Below, one piece after another: positions 36,636-45,316 of a stretch of 64,000 nt of DNA. Position numbers and translations under genes: made by a program. Source of the stretch: an uncultured Candidatus Saccharibacteria bacterium (lineage in GTDB: Bacteria; Patescibacteriota; UBA1384; CAYJQE01). Each line of letters opens with the position of its first letter. Position 1 is the stretch's first letter. The notes under the pieces were generated by a model. The model searched no databases. It was given only the letters and a program-made list of their open reading frames with translations, and had not been told where the DNA came from. The stretch is from NCBI GenBank assembly GCA_964372245.1, contig CAYJQE010000001.1:11745-75744 (forward strand), read 5' to 3'.

Positions 36636-37400
36636 TCAAGCGCTTGAAGAAAGAACTCTTTTGCCGACGATCAGGCGGATTGCTCTCGGCACGATTTTAC
36701 ATTCGACTGGCAGGCGAACCGTGGTCTGGCCATCAATTAACAGGTCAAGCTTCGAGAGGCTCAAGATTTCCGCCCGGCTTTCAACGATTTGACTAAGAGC
36801 GTTGTCGGGCCTGGCCCCTTTTTGATCGGAAATAAAACTGACGATTTTCTTGAATATGCCCTCTCTCGGTCGGTCGAGAAATTCGAGGACAAAGCCGCCG
36901 GCCTGACTTGAATCGGGCGGGTTGCTAAGAGAGAGACTTTCCGGTCTAGTTCTCAATTCATATTCTTTTGTTCGGATCAAGACCAATTCTCGTTTTGGAT
37001 TGAGAAGGATGGCCCGGTTGAGAGCGACCGCTTCCGGGCCAAGAGTGATGACCGATCGATCGGTCAGTCGGCGAAACCTCAAGATTTCGGCCGCCTCTTC
37101 CGCGTCCCGAGCGTTGATGATCTCGAAGTAACTGGAATTTTTTTCAAGCGGGATGATGCCAAAGGCCTGATCGGCCCTGAAAAGCTTCTTGGCCACTCGG
37201 TTGATGTGTCCGTCCGAGCCGATGGCGACAATCGTGCTATAGTCTTCGCTGATTGCCCTCTTAACCAAATCGTCAACCGATTTCGAGAGATCAACATGAA
37301 CGAACTCGCCGGCAACGCCCAAGCGCTGCAAGAGCTTTCTTTGCTGAACGATCATTTTTGAAAACTCCGGCCTTGAGCTGTCAAGGATATAGTAATACAT
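36636..37400 (-). CDS. DAGK-catalytic-domain lipid kinase / ATP-NAD kinase-like protein with a degenerate GGDG motif
   Basis: IVAIGSDGHINRVAKKL plus GIIPLEKNSSYF resemble GGDGT...GIIPLGTGNDF of DAGK_cat/YegS kinases. The first glycine is replaced (GSDG). Confidence 0.45.
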   Translation of the reverse strand: MYYYILDSSRPEFSKMIVQQRKLLQRLGVAGEFVHVDLSKSVDDLVKRAISEDYSTIVAIGSDGHINRVAKKLFRADQAFGIIPLEKNSSYFEIINARDAEEAAEILRFRRLTDRSVITLGPEAVALNRAILLNPKRELVLIRTKEYELRTRPESLSLSNPPDSSQAGGFVLEFLDRPREGIFKKIVSFISDQKGARPDNALSQIVESRAEILSLSKLDLLIDGQTTVRLPVECKIVPRAIRLIVGKRVLSSSA

Positions 37401-37636
37401 CTGCGAGAGAGCGTTTCTTACTCTTGATTTTTAACCTCAACCGTCCCGAGCGTTGGCAGGCTGGCCGGCCTTCAGGCCTATAGTCCGACTCTTCATCCTT
37501 GGTACTCCTTAATCCATAATTTTGATTTGAGGCAGCCGAGCTATTTTGGGATTTAACCCTCGACGACCGACTGGGCGATCGCGCCCTAGATCGAGGGCCT
37601 CAATTCTGCAACCGCTGGCCGCTGAAATCTGATCTT

Positions 37637-38086
37637 TTAGGCCGGCGTTGCTTCCTCGAGCTCGGCCCTGATCTGATTTTTTGCGGTTTTCGAGAGTTCC
37701 TCCGGCATCAGCGATCGACCAACGAAAATGGCGCCCGGCTTGATAATCAAGGTTTTAGCCGTCAGATCGCCGAATATTTGGCCTTTGGAGTTGAGCTCGA
37801 GCTTCTCGATCGCGACGACCGATCCTTTGACGGTCCCAGAGACATCAACATTTTTTGCCTTGACCGGGCCTTTGATCTCGGCCGTCTCGCCGACATTGAT
37901 CGTCTCTTCCGAGGCGACTTCACCCTCGACCCGGCCGTGGACATAGATGCTGCCTTTATTTTTGAGATTGCCCTTCAACTTGACATTTTGGCCTATAATC
38001 GTGTCAAAACCTTGATCACCAACCGGCGCCATAAAAAACTCCTTCATTAAACTTTGCAAATATCCTCTCTCTCTCTTCTCTATCAC
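37637..38086 (-). CDS. Bactofilin (CcmA-like polymerising cytoskeletal protein)
   Basis: Repetitive beta-helical V/G-rich repeats (VKLKGNLKNKGSIYVHGRVEGEVAS...VDVSGTVKGSVVA...) typical of the bactofilin DUF583 fold. Confidence 0.75.
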   Translation of the reverse strand: MIEKRERGYLQSLMKEFFMAPVGDQGFDTIIGQNVKLKGNLKNKGSIYVHGRVEGEVASEETINVGETAEIKGPVKAKNVDVSGTVKGSVVAIEKLELNSKGQIFGDLTAKTLIIKPGAIFVGRSLMPEELSKTAKNQIRAELEEATPA

Positions 38087-38407
38087 AGACCGATCTCAAA
38101 TGCCAAGCCAAACTTCGGTCTGGAAAACAAAGGCGGGTGGCTTCTTGCTCAAGTCATTGTAAAATAACCATTTTTACCCCAGCCAAGGAATAAGCCACTG
38201 GAACAGAGTTTCTTCATATCGAGGAGACCCTCGAGCTTGACGATCTTTGATGGCGCGTCGCCTTCTCGATCGCGGAGTTAAGAGCGCAACCCAGGCCGAT
38301 TTTATTGAGATCAGAGTCCGGCCAATATTGGTCGGCTGATAAAAAATGGGCGGGGACATTTTTCTGACCACTAAAAAGTGGCTCCAAGGGCTCGTTATTT
38401 GAGAGAA

Positions 38408-38431
38408 AAAAAGGCTCCTGACCCCTTTTTC
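38408..38431. repeat. 24-nt element AAAAAGGCTCCTGACCCCTTTTTT (copy 1 of 2 exact copies)
   Basis: Identical 24-mer at 43209-43232. It forms an A-run/T-run-flanked weak hairpin (AAAAAGG...CCTTTTT). Here it sits at the edge of a CT-rich tract upstream of uvrA. Confidence 0.6.
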
Positions 38432-38497
38432 CCCCTTTTTTCTTTTTCCCCTCTTTTTCCCCTTCCCCTTTTTCCCCTTTTTGACCCCTTTTTTTGT
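38421..38497 (+). repeat. Polypyrimidine (C/T) simple-sequence tract made of (C4-5 T5-6) units
   Basis: ~77 bp of accccttttttccccctttttt... in the divergent bactofilin/uvrA intergenic region. It generates the spurious K/G-rich minus-strand ORF 38174-38536. Confidence 0.6.
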
Positions 38498-38621
38498 GGT
38501 TGCTCGGTTGGTTTTAAACCTTGCTCTTTTTTTCAAAAAGGATTAAACTGGTCGGGACAGTCGGATGATTAAATCGTCAAAAGTGAAGAAGCGAGAGCCA
38601 AAGGGCTTTTTCGTCTAGTCG

Positions 38622-41576
38622 ATGGGGGATTTCGGCAAGGCCAAATTTGTTCGGCCAGTTAAAGCGATTAGAGTCGTTGGCGCGAGAGAGCATAATCTCA
38701 AGGATGTTGAGGTTTCTATTCCCCACAACGCTTTTGTGGTTATCACCGGTCTTTCCGGCTCTGGCAAATCGTCGTTGGCCTTCGACACCATCTACGCCGA
38801 GGGTCAAAGGCGCTACGTCGAGAGTCTCTCAAGTTATGCTCGGCAATTTCTGGGTTTGATGGAGAAGCCGGATGTTGATTATATCGAGGGTTTGAGTCCG
38901 GCGATCTCGATCGATCAAAAATCGGCTTCGAGAAACCCTCGGTCAACCGTTGGCACGATTACTGAAGTCTTCGATTATTTGAGGTTGCTTTTTGCTCGGG
39001 CCGGCCAGCCCCACTGTCCAAATTGCGGCCGAGCGATCACTCGCCAGTCGCCCCAAACGGTTGTTCTCGGGATAGAGGAATCTCTTCGGCAGAACTCTGA
39101 CCAGCGGGCTCGAAGGTTGGCGATCCTTTCGCCTTTGGTTAAAGACCGGAAAGGCGAACATAAATTGGCCTTCAAGTTTGCCCGAAAATCGGGCTTTGCC
39201 CGAGTTCGGCTCGATGGTGTCATTCTTGACCTTGACGAAGCCGAATCCTATCCGATAGAGAAAAAGTTGAAGCACTCGATCGAGGTCGTCGTTGACCGTT
39301 TGATTTTTGATCCGAAGGCAAAACTTGATAGAGAGACAAGATCCCGTCTTTTCGACTCGGTTGAGAAGGCGATCGGCCTTTCGCTTGGGACGGTGATCAT
39401 TCACGATCTTGAGTCGAAAACCGATCAGACTTACTCGGAACATTTTGCCTGTCCAGATTGCAATGTCTTTCTGCCCGAGATCCAGCCGAGAAACTTCTCT
39501 TTCAACTCGCCTCATGGCGCTTGCTCGGCCTGCCAAGGTTTGGGGACCAAGCTTGAGGTCAACTTCGATCTTGTTGTCCCGAATCGGTCCTTGACTTTGG
39601 CCGAGGGCGCGATTCGGCCTTGGGCGAGAAGCTCATCGTACGACAGTTGGTATGTCAAACTTCTCAATCAGGTCGCCAAAGCCAACGGTTTTTCCGTTGA
39701 CCAGCCGGTCGCCGATCTGTCCGAATTGGCGATTGAGATTTTGATGAACGGCGCCGGCCAGGCCATCTACCACATTGACGGTTACGAAACAGTTTTTGAG
39801 GGCTTGGCCAATAATCTGATGCGTCGTTTTAAGGAGACCGACTCCGATTATGTTCGGTCCGAAATGAGGAAATACATGGTTGAGAAGATCTGTCAAACTT
39901 GCAACGGCGGTCGATTGAAAAAGGAGTTTCTTGGCGTCTTGATCGGCGAGAAAAACATTGTCGAGGTCAACCAGATGACAATCGAAGAGGCGTTTGACTT
40001 TGTCGTCTCGCTCGACGAGAAAACGATTGGCTCGAAAGAACTTTTAACGGTCGGACGGCAAATTTTTAAGGAGCTGAAAAATCGACTCGATTTTTTGAAG
40101 TCGGTCGGCCTCTCATATCTGACCCTGGATCGGAGCGCCGCGACTTTGGCCGGCGGCGAAGCCCAACGAATTCGGCTGGCGACCCAAATCGGGTCGTCCT
40201 TGACCGGCGTCCTTTATATTCTCGACGAGCCGTCAATCGGCCTTCATCAGCGAGACAATCAGAGGCTTTTGGGAACGATTGAGGCCTTGAGGGATCTTGG
40301 CAACACGGTGATCGTTGTCGAGCATGATCGGGAGACGATCGAGGCGGCCGACTTTATTCTCGACATCGGGCCGGGCGCCGGCGAGTATGGCGGTCGAGTT
40401 GTCGCCGCTGGCGACCTTCAAACCATCAAGCGATCGGAACAATCGTTGACTGGCCAATACCTCTCGGGCAAAAAATCGATCCCGATTCCAAAAAAACGCC
40501 GTCGGCCTTCGGGCGAGTGGCTGGAGATCGTTGGAGCGGCTGAAAACAATCTTAAAAACCTCGATGTCAGGATTCCTCTTAGAAGTTTTGTTCTGGTAAC
40601 CGGCGTTTCCGGCTCGGGCAAATCGACTTTGATCAGCGATATTTTGGCCAAGGCTCTGGCGACTCATTTTCATCGTTCTCGAGTGCCGGCTGGCAAGCAC
40701 ACCGAGATCAGGGGACTATCCCAACTCAACAAAGTGATTGATATTGACCAGTCGCCGATTGGCCGAACGCCCAGATCGAATCCCGCCACCTACACCGGTG
40801 TCTTTACGCCGATTCGGGAACTTTTCGCTTCAACCAACGAGGCCAAGATGCGAGGCTACCGACCGGGCCGTTTTTCCTTCAATGTCAAGGGCGGCCGGTG
40901 CGAGAATTGCTCGGGCGACGGGGTTATCAAGATTGAGATGCATTTTTTGGCCGATGTCTATATCACCTGTGAAGAGTGTCGGGGGCGGCGTTACAATCAG
41001 GAGGCGCTCGATATCAATTATCGGGGGAAAACGATTGCCGATGTTCTTGAGATGACGGTTGAGGAGGCGCGCCAGTTTTTTGATTCGATTCCCCAGATTA
41101 GACAAAAGCTTTCCATCCTTAATCAGGTCGGTCTATCCTATATTCGTCTCGGCCAGCCGGCAACGACCCTCTCGGGCGGCGAGGCCCAGCGGATAAAATT
41201 AGCCTCCGAACTTTCTCACCGGGCGACTGGCAAGACCCTTTATATTCTCGACGAGCCGACAACCGGTCTCCACTTCGAAGATATCAGACGACTTTTGGAG
41301 GTTCTTCAGGCTTTGGTTGACAAGGGGAACACGGTTTTGGTGATCGAGCACAATCTTGAAGTTATCAAATCGGCCGACTGGCTAATTGACCTTGGTCCGG
41401 AGGGCGGGACAGAGGGTGGCCGGATCATCGCCGAGGGACCGCCGGAAAAGGTCGCTCAAGTCAAGGAGAGCTACACCGGCCAATATCTTCTGAAATTTTT
41501 CTCGAGCGTGGCGAACAAAGACCGATCTTTGATTAAGGATCAAGGCCAGCTTAAGCCGGTTCTGGCCAAGAAATAA
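38622..41576 (+). CDS. uvrA: Excinuclease ABC subunit A
   Basis: Two ABC ATPase modules (GLSGSGKSS..., GVSGSGKST...), UvrA zinc fingers (CPNCG, CPDCN, CSAC, CENCSGDG) and two LSGGE signature motifs. 984 aa. Confidence 0.95.
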   Translation: MGDFGKAKFVRPVKAIRVVGAREHNLKDVEVSIPHNAFVVITGLSGSGKSSLAFDTIYAEGQRRYVESLSSYARQFLGLMEKPDVDYIEGLSPAISIDQKSASRNPRSTVGTITEVFDYLRLLFARAGQPHCPNCGRAITRQSPQTVVLGIEESLRQNSDQRARRLAILSPLVKDRKGEHKLAFKFARKSGFARVRLDGVILDLDEAESYPIEKKLKHSIEVVVDRLIFDPKAKLDRETRSRLFDSVEKAIGLSLGTVIIHDLESKTDQTYSEHFACPDCNVFLPEIQPRNFSFNSPHGACSACQGLGTKLEVNFDLVVPNRSLTLAEGAIRPWARSSSYDSWYVKLLNQVAKANGFSVDQPVADLSELAIEILMNGAGQAIYHIDGYETVFEGLANNLMRRFKETDSDYVRSEMRKYMVEKICQTCNGGRLKKEFLGVLIGEKNIVEVNQMTIEEAFDFVVSLDEKTIGSKELLTVGRQIFKELKNRLDFLKSVGLSYLTLDRSAATLAGGEAQRIRLATQIGSSLTGVLYILDEPSIGLHQRDNQRLLGTIEALRDLGNTVIVVEHDRETIEAADFILDIGPGAGEYGGRVVAAGDLQTIKRSEQSLTGQYLSGKKSIPIPKKRRRPSGEWLEIVGAAENNLKNLDVRIPLRSFVLVTGVSGSGKSTLISDILAKALATHFHRSRVPAGKHTEIRGLSQLNKVIDIDQSPIGRTPRSNPATYTGVFTPIRELFASTNEAKMRGYRPGRFSFNVKGGRCENCSGDGVIKIEMHFLADVYITCEECRGRRYNQEALDINYRGKTIADVLEMTVEEARQFFDSIPQIRQKLSILNQVGLSYIRLGQPATTLSGGEAQRIKLASELSHRATGKTLYILDEPTTGLHFEDIRRLLEVLQALVDKGNTVLVIEHNLEVIKSADWLIDLGPEGGTEGGRIIAEGPPEKVAQVKESYTGQYLLKFFSSVANKDRSLIKDQGQLKPVLAKK

Positions 41577-41747
41577 TCGAAGACTTTTAAAAATCGCTTC
41601 TTGGTCGAGCGAGATTTTGGTGGCCCGCTTCGGCGGAGCTTGGTTGCCGGCGCCTGACAGTTGGCTAATAACACTTGGCGTCAGGGGCGAGAGAGACTTT
41701 AGCGCCCTCTTTTTCGACGATCGGAATAGAATAGAGCTGGAGATGAT

Positions 41748-42458
41748 GTGACAAGAGAGTTAAAACCGAGACCACCTTCTACGCGGGAGGAACACGGTCT
41801 TCTTCTGGCCGGTTGTGGTCCGGTTGCCGGTCTCGATGAAGCCGGTCGGGGCGCTTTGGCCGGGCCAGTGATCGCCGCCGCCGTCGTACTTAAAGATCGG
41901 ATGATAGAGGCGCTTGGCTCTGAAGGGAGCGTCTACTCGATCAACGACTCAAAGGTTTTGAAACCGGAGCTCCGTTTTCATCTCGCCCGAAGGCTCCGAC
42001 TTATCGTTCGGGATTTTGCCATCGGACAAGCGAAGAGCGGCGAGATTGATCGGCTCGGGATTGTCAAGGCGACCCATCTGGCTATGACTCGAGCGCTCCT
42101 CGGCCTTCGAGTCAAGCCGAAATATCTGCTGATCGACGGTCGCGCCTCCCCTCAAACCCGATTTACAACCAGACATCGCTATCTTGTCCGGGGCGATGGC
42201 CGATCGCTCTCGATCGCTGCCGCTTCGATCTTGGCCAAAGATTATCGTGACCGACTAATGAGACGACTAGCTAAGGGCTATCCGGGTTTTGGCTTTGAGA
42301 AGCACTTCGGGTACGGGACAAGAAATCATTTAAGAATCTTGACTCGGTTTGGCCCGACAAAAATCCATCGCCGGAAGTTTGTCAAAACAGCGATCGGGAA
42401 CTTCAAGCTCAAAGGCCGTCGAGAAGCGGACCTCAAGGGCTTGAAATTTGCCTTTTAA
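41748..42458 (+). CDS. rnhB: Ribonuclease HII
   Basis: GLDEAGRGALAGPVIAAAVVL (DEAGRG catalytic motif), DSK and the C-terminal HFGYGTRNH. Confidence 0.85.
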   Translation: MTRELKPRPPSTREEHGLLLAGCGPVAGLDEAGRGALAGPVIAAAVVLKDRMIEALGSEGSVYSINDSKVLKPELRFHLARRLRLIVRDFAIGQAKSGEIDRLGIVKATHLAMTRALLGLRVKPKYLLIDGRASPQTRFTTRHRYLVRGDGRSLSIAAASILAKDYRDRLMRRLAKGYPGFGFEKHFGYGTRNHLRILTRFGPTKIHRRKFVKTAIGNFKLKGRREADLKGLKFAF

Positions 42459-42474
42459 TAGGCTAGCTTTCAAG

Positions 42475-42820
42475 GAGGCTTGACAGGTCAAGGCTGTTGC
42501 CGACCGGCGATCGGTCGGAGGAAAGTCCAGGCACCGAAACGCGGGCAACTCATCGCAAGGCGAGCCGAGGCGACTCGAGGGCAAGTGCAACAGAAAGTAT
42601 ACCGCCAATCCCGAAGTTTCGTTGGGAGGTAAGGGTGAAATCGTGGGGTAAGAGCCCACGCGTTCTCGTGGCGACACGAGTCGGTGTAAACCCTTGTCGG
42701 TGCAAGTCGGGTGGGCGAGATCATCATCAAGCGTGGCGTTTCGCGATGACCACTCGTCCCGACGCAGAGAGAGATAACAGCCCAAAACAGAACCTGGCTT
42801 ATTGGCCTGTTAAGCCCTGG
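42475..42820 (+). ncRNA. rnpB: RNase P RNA (bacterial, type A-like)
   Basis: Conserved P4/CR-I GGAGGAAAGTCCAGGC, CR-II/III AGGGTGAAATCGTGGGGTAAGAGCCCAC and the 3' P4 strand ACAGAACCTGGCTTAT. P1 helix pairs 42477-42490 with 42803-42816. Only short overlapping ORFs occur in all frames here. Confidence 0.8.
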
Positions 42821-43092
42821 ATTGGTTTGGCGTCTTAATATCAAAAGAGCGGAAAAAGCCGGAACCGATAGGTCGGTCTTGTTTTTGGGTGTTGAGTCAA
42901 TCTAGCGGCCAAGTAATCAAAAATGGTTGCTTTTTGCTTAAAAGGGCGGACAACTTCTGGCCAGACGGGCTTTAAACCCTTAACGGCCATGAACCCTTTC
43001 GAGCTTGACTTCAGACATCGGTTTTAGGTCTGCGGTTAGAGGGAGTTTACCGACTGGCGTTTAAGCCCCTTTTTTATTTAAGATTGAGATGA

Positions 43093-43166
43093 TGCCGGGT
43101 CGTCTAATGGTAGGACGCTAGGTTTTGGTCCTAGAAGTCGGGGTTCGAATCCCTGCTCGGCAGCCA
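43093..43166 (+). tRNA. tRNA-Gln (anticodon UUG)
   Basis: 74-nt cloverleaf. Acceptor TGCCGGG/CTCGGCA, D-stem GTCT/GGAC, anticodon stem CTAGG/CCTAG with loop ttTTGgt, T-arm CGGGG-TTCGAAT-CCCTG, discriminator G, encoded CCA. U1 and G73 are typical of tRNA-Gln. Confidence 0.85.
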
Positions 43167-43208
43167 TCGTGACTTGGCTGTCGCGACATGCAGATGCGAG
43201 AACGGCGC

Positions 43209-43232
43209 AAAAAGGCTCCTGACCCCTTTTTT
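43209..43232. repeat. 24-nt element AAAAAGGCTCCTGACCCCTTTTTT (copy 2), followed by a second GACCCCTTTTTT
   Basis: Exact match to 38408-38431. Located between the 3' ends of tRNA-Gln (plus strand) and the methyltransferase gene (minus strand). A possible bidirectional terminator-like element. Confidence 0.6.
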
Positions 43233-43246
43233 ACTTGACCCCTTTT

Positions 43247-43885
43247 TTACTCCGGTTTTTCCAAACGCAAGATTAAAAGCTGGGCGATTGGCTCGAGAAA
43301 TCGGGGGAGATGGCTAAGGCCAAAGCCCCACTCGCCCGGTTGATAACCGAGCCAGAAACCGCGACAGTTGATCGCGCTCTTTGGTATGCCAACTCCGATT
43401 GCCAGCTCCGAAAGCTCTTCTCTGGTGTACTCCCGAAAATGATAGATTTCCCCTAGCGTTGGACTTCGGCCTAAAAGATGGGGGAAGCGGGTCGGTCGGC
43501 CGATCAACCGACGCAATCGTTCGACCAGCCGCAGCCGATTCGGAGTAACCACTATCGCCATCCCGCCAGGCTTTAAGACTCGCCAGATTTCTGCCAAAAA
43601 CTTATCGTCGGTTTCGATATGCTCGATCACGTCTTGGGAAAAGACTCGGGGGAACGAATGACTTGAAAAGGGGAGGGCGCAGCCATCGGCGGCTTGAAAC
43701 TTGATATTCGGTCGCTGAAAGCGCTGTTCGTAAATCGGACGAAGATCAACCGCCGTCACCCGACGGGCGACCGAGGCCACCTCAACCGTATAAAACCCGA
43801 CGCCGCAACCGAGATCAAGAACATGCTCGGCATCGGCGAAGGCCTCTCGCAGAAAGGCCTTCATACTAGTGGTCAGCTTGGGCAC
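43247..43885 (-). CDS. Class I SAM-dependent methyltransferase (Methyltransf_11-like)
   Basis: Motif I VLDLGCGVGFY, acidic motif II and motif III LKPGGMAIV. No DPPY/NPPW motif, so not an obvious DNA N6-methyltransferase. Confidence 0.7.
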   Translation of the reverse strand: MPKLTTSMKAFLREAFADAEHVLDLGCGVGFYTVEVASVARRVTAVDLRPIYEQRFQRPNIKFQAADGCALPFSSHSFPRVFSQDVIEHIETDDKFLAEIWRVLKPGGMAIVVTPNRLRLVERLRRLIGRPTRFPHLLGRSPTLGEIYHFREYTREELSELAIGVGIPKSAINCRGFWLGYQPGEWGFGLSHLPRFLEPIAQLLILRLEKPE

Positions 43886-44126
43886 ACTGTCAGAATACTA
43901 AAAACCTTAACTCCTCGAAAGCGATCGAGCCGGTTCTCCGATTGATCGGATGAAACCTCAAAAAAACGCCGTTCGGCCAACCGATGTTCGGAGATTTCAC
44001 AAAGTCTTTACGAAAAGAGCTAACTCTGCTAGAGTCCTTGTCAGAAACTTGATAATCGGTCGATCTGGCGTGGCTTTAAAGGCCTTTTCAAATTTGACCG
44101 ATCAGCTTTCAAAAAAGGGGGCGAAA

Positions 44127-44972
44127 ATGACTCTTTTACTGGCGGTCAGACCCGAACGAGCCGAGGCCTTAATCGGCTGTCAAAAAAGCTCGGCCAGTAC
44201 TCGCCTCGGCAGCAGCTGGTTGTCGGGACTCAAAATCTGGGAGAGAATTCCGGCTTTAAGGTCGGAGGCTGACTCGGTAGGCGTTCAGGCCTTAGAACAT
44301 CTGGTTTCTGGCCTCGAGTCTGAAGGTTACTGTCAGTTGGCCGATATTCAGTCGAAGACGGAGTCTCTCTCGATCGAGGATTGGTCGGTTTACCGGTTAA
44401 GTCACGAATCTTGGCTTTTTGCCTTGATCGAGACGGTTCAGTCACAAGGCGCAAAAATCGAGCTGGAAGCGAGGCGGCGACTACTCGAAAGGGTTAAACT
44501 CGTCAAGCTTTCGACTCTTCACGAAGAGGTGATCGCCGATTTTTATCCCAAGTCAAAGGACCGACATCGCCGAAATTTTCTCGGCGCGCTCGCCGGGTTC
44601 GTCGGCAACAATTTGCCCCAGCTCTTGGGGGCGGCCGACGGATTCGACCAAATGGCCGAGAAAGGCGGCTCTAGAGCCTTTCGTTGGCACATTCCGGCCC
44701 TTAACTTCAAGAAGGCCTTGTGTGTCCTCTTGGCGACTCTGCTTGAGGACGTTGAGTATTCCTTGATGAGGGAAGATGTCGGCTGGGGCGAACAGGCCCT
44801 CACGACTTTGAGACTGGATTTCGCTGGCGATTTTCCAGCCGGCGTTAGGCGGTCCTTTCATCTCATGATTGATCAGCTAGAGGAATTTTCCGAGATAGTC
44901 AGTTTAAGGGCGGACTTCTCGGACTTTCTTCAGAAATTGGGCATTGGAAGCGATCCCGGCTTTGTCCGTTAA
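44127..44972 (+). CDS. Hypothetical alpha-helical protein
   Basis: ATG at 44127 is preceded by AAGGGGG. The longer 43950 start lacks an RBS. No recognisable motif. Confidence 0.45.
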   Translation: MTLLLAVRPERAEALIGCQKSSASTRLGSSWLSGLKIWERIPALRSEADSVGVQALEHLVSGLESEGYCQLADIQSKTESLSIEDWSVYRLSHESWLFALIETVQSQGAKIELEARRRLLERVKLVKLSTLHEEVIADFYPKSKDRHRRNFLGALAGFVGNNLPQLLGAADGFDQMAEKGGSRAFRWHIPALNFKKALCVLLATLLEDVEYSLMREDVGWGEQALTTLRLDFAGDFPAGVRRSFHLMIDQLEEFSEIVSLRADFSDFLQKLGIGSDPGFVR

Positions 44973-45124
44973 GGCAAAGCCGGGATTTTGCTAAGATCTT
45001 AAGTCTCTTTTCCAACCGCTTCACTTCGAGTCTCGATCGGCTATACTGATCTTGGTTTGAAGAGAGTCGAAAGAAGTTCAAAAGACGGGAGGCGAGAGAA
45101 TTCGTTGGAACTGATAAAAACTTT

Positions 45125-45310
45125 TTGTTTCTAAAAATGATCAAGAGCCAAACATCGGCCGGTCCGGGGGAAACGATTTTTCAGTGTCAGGAGTGCGGTT
45201 TCCGCTATCGGACAATCGAGTGGGCGGAAAAATGCGAGCGATATTGTCGGGAACATAAAGCTTGCGATCTCGAGATCACCAAAAATTCGATCGAGCGATC
45301 GGCGAAATAG
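45125..45310 (+). CDS. Small zinc-ribbon protein, coupled to the downstream helicase gene
   Basis: 61 aa with CQECG...CERYC...HKAC (Cx2C-x15-Cx3C plus H/C). Stop lies 4 nt before the uvrD start. Confidence 0.45.
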   Translation: MFLKMIKSQTSAGPGETIFQCQECGFRYRTIEWAEKCERYCREHKACDLEITKNSIERSAK

Positions 45311-45316
45311 CGATTT

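Noticed and set aside
38174-38536. 120-aa Lys/Gly-rich ORF on the minus strand
   Set aside because: It is the antisense reading of the C/T simple-sequence tract (purine-rich codons AAG/AAA/GGG), not a gene.
42330-42844. Three overlapping ORFs (151, 118 and 113 aa) downstream of rnhB
   Set aside because: The region carries the conserved RNase P RNA motifs, so the ORFs are incidental.
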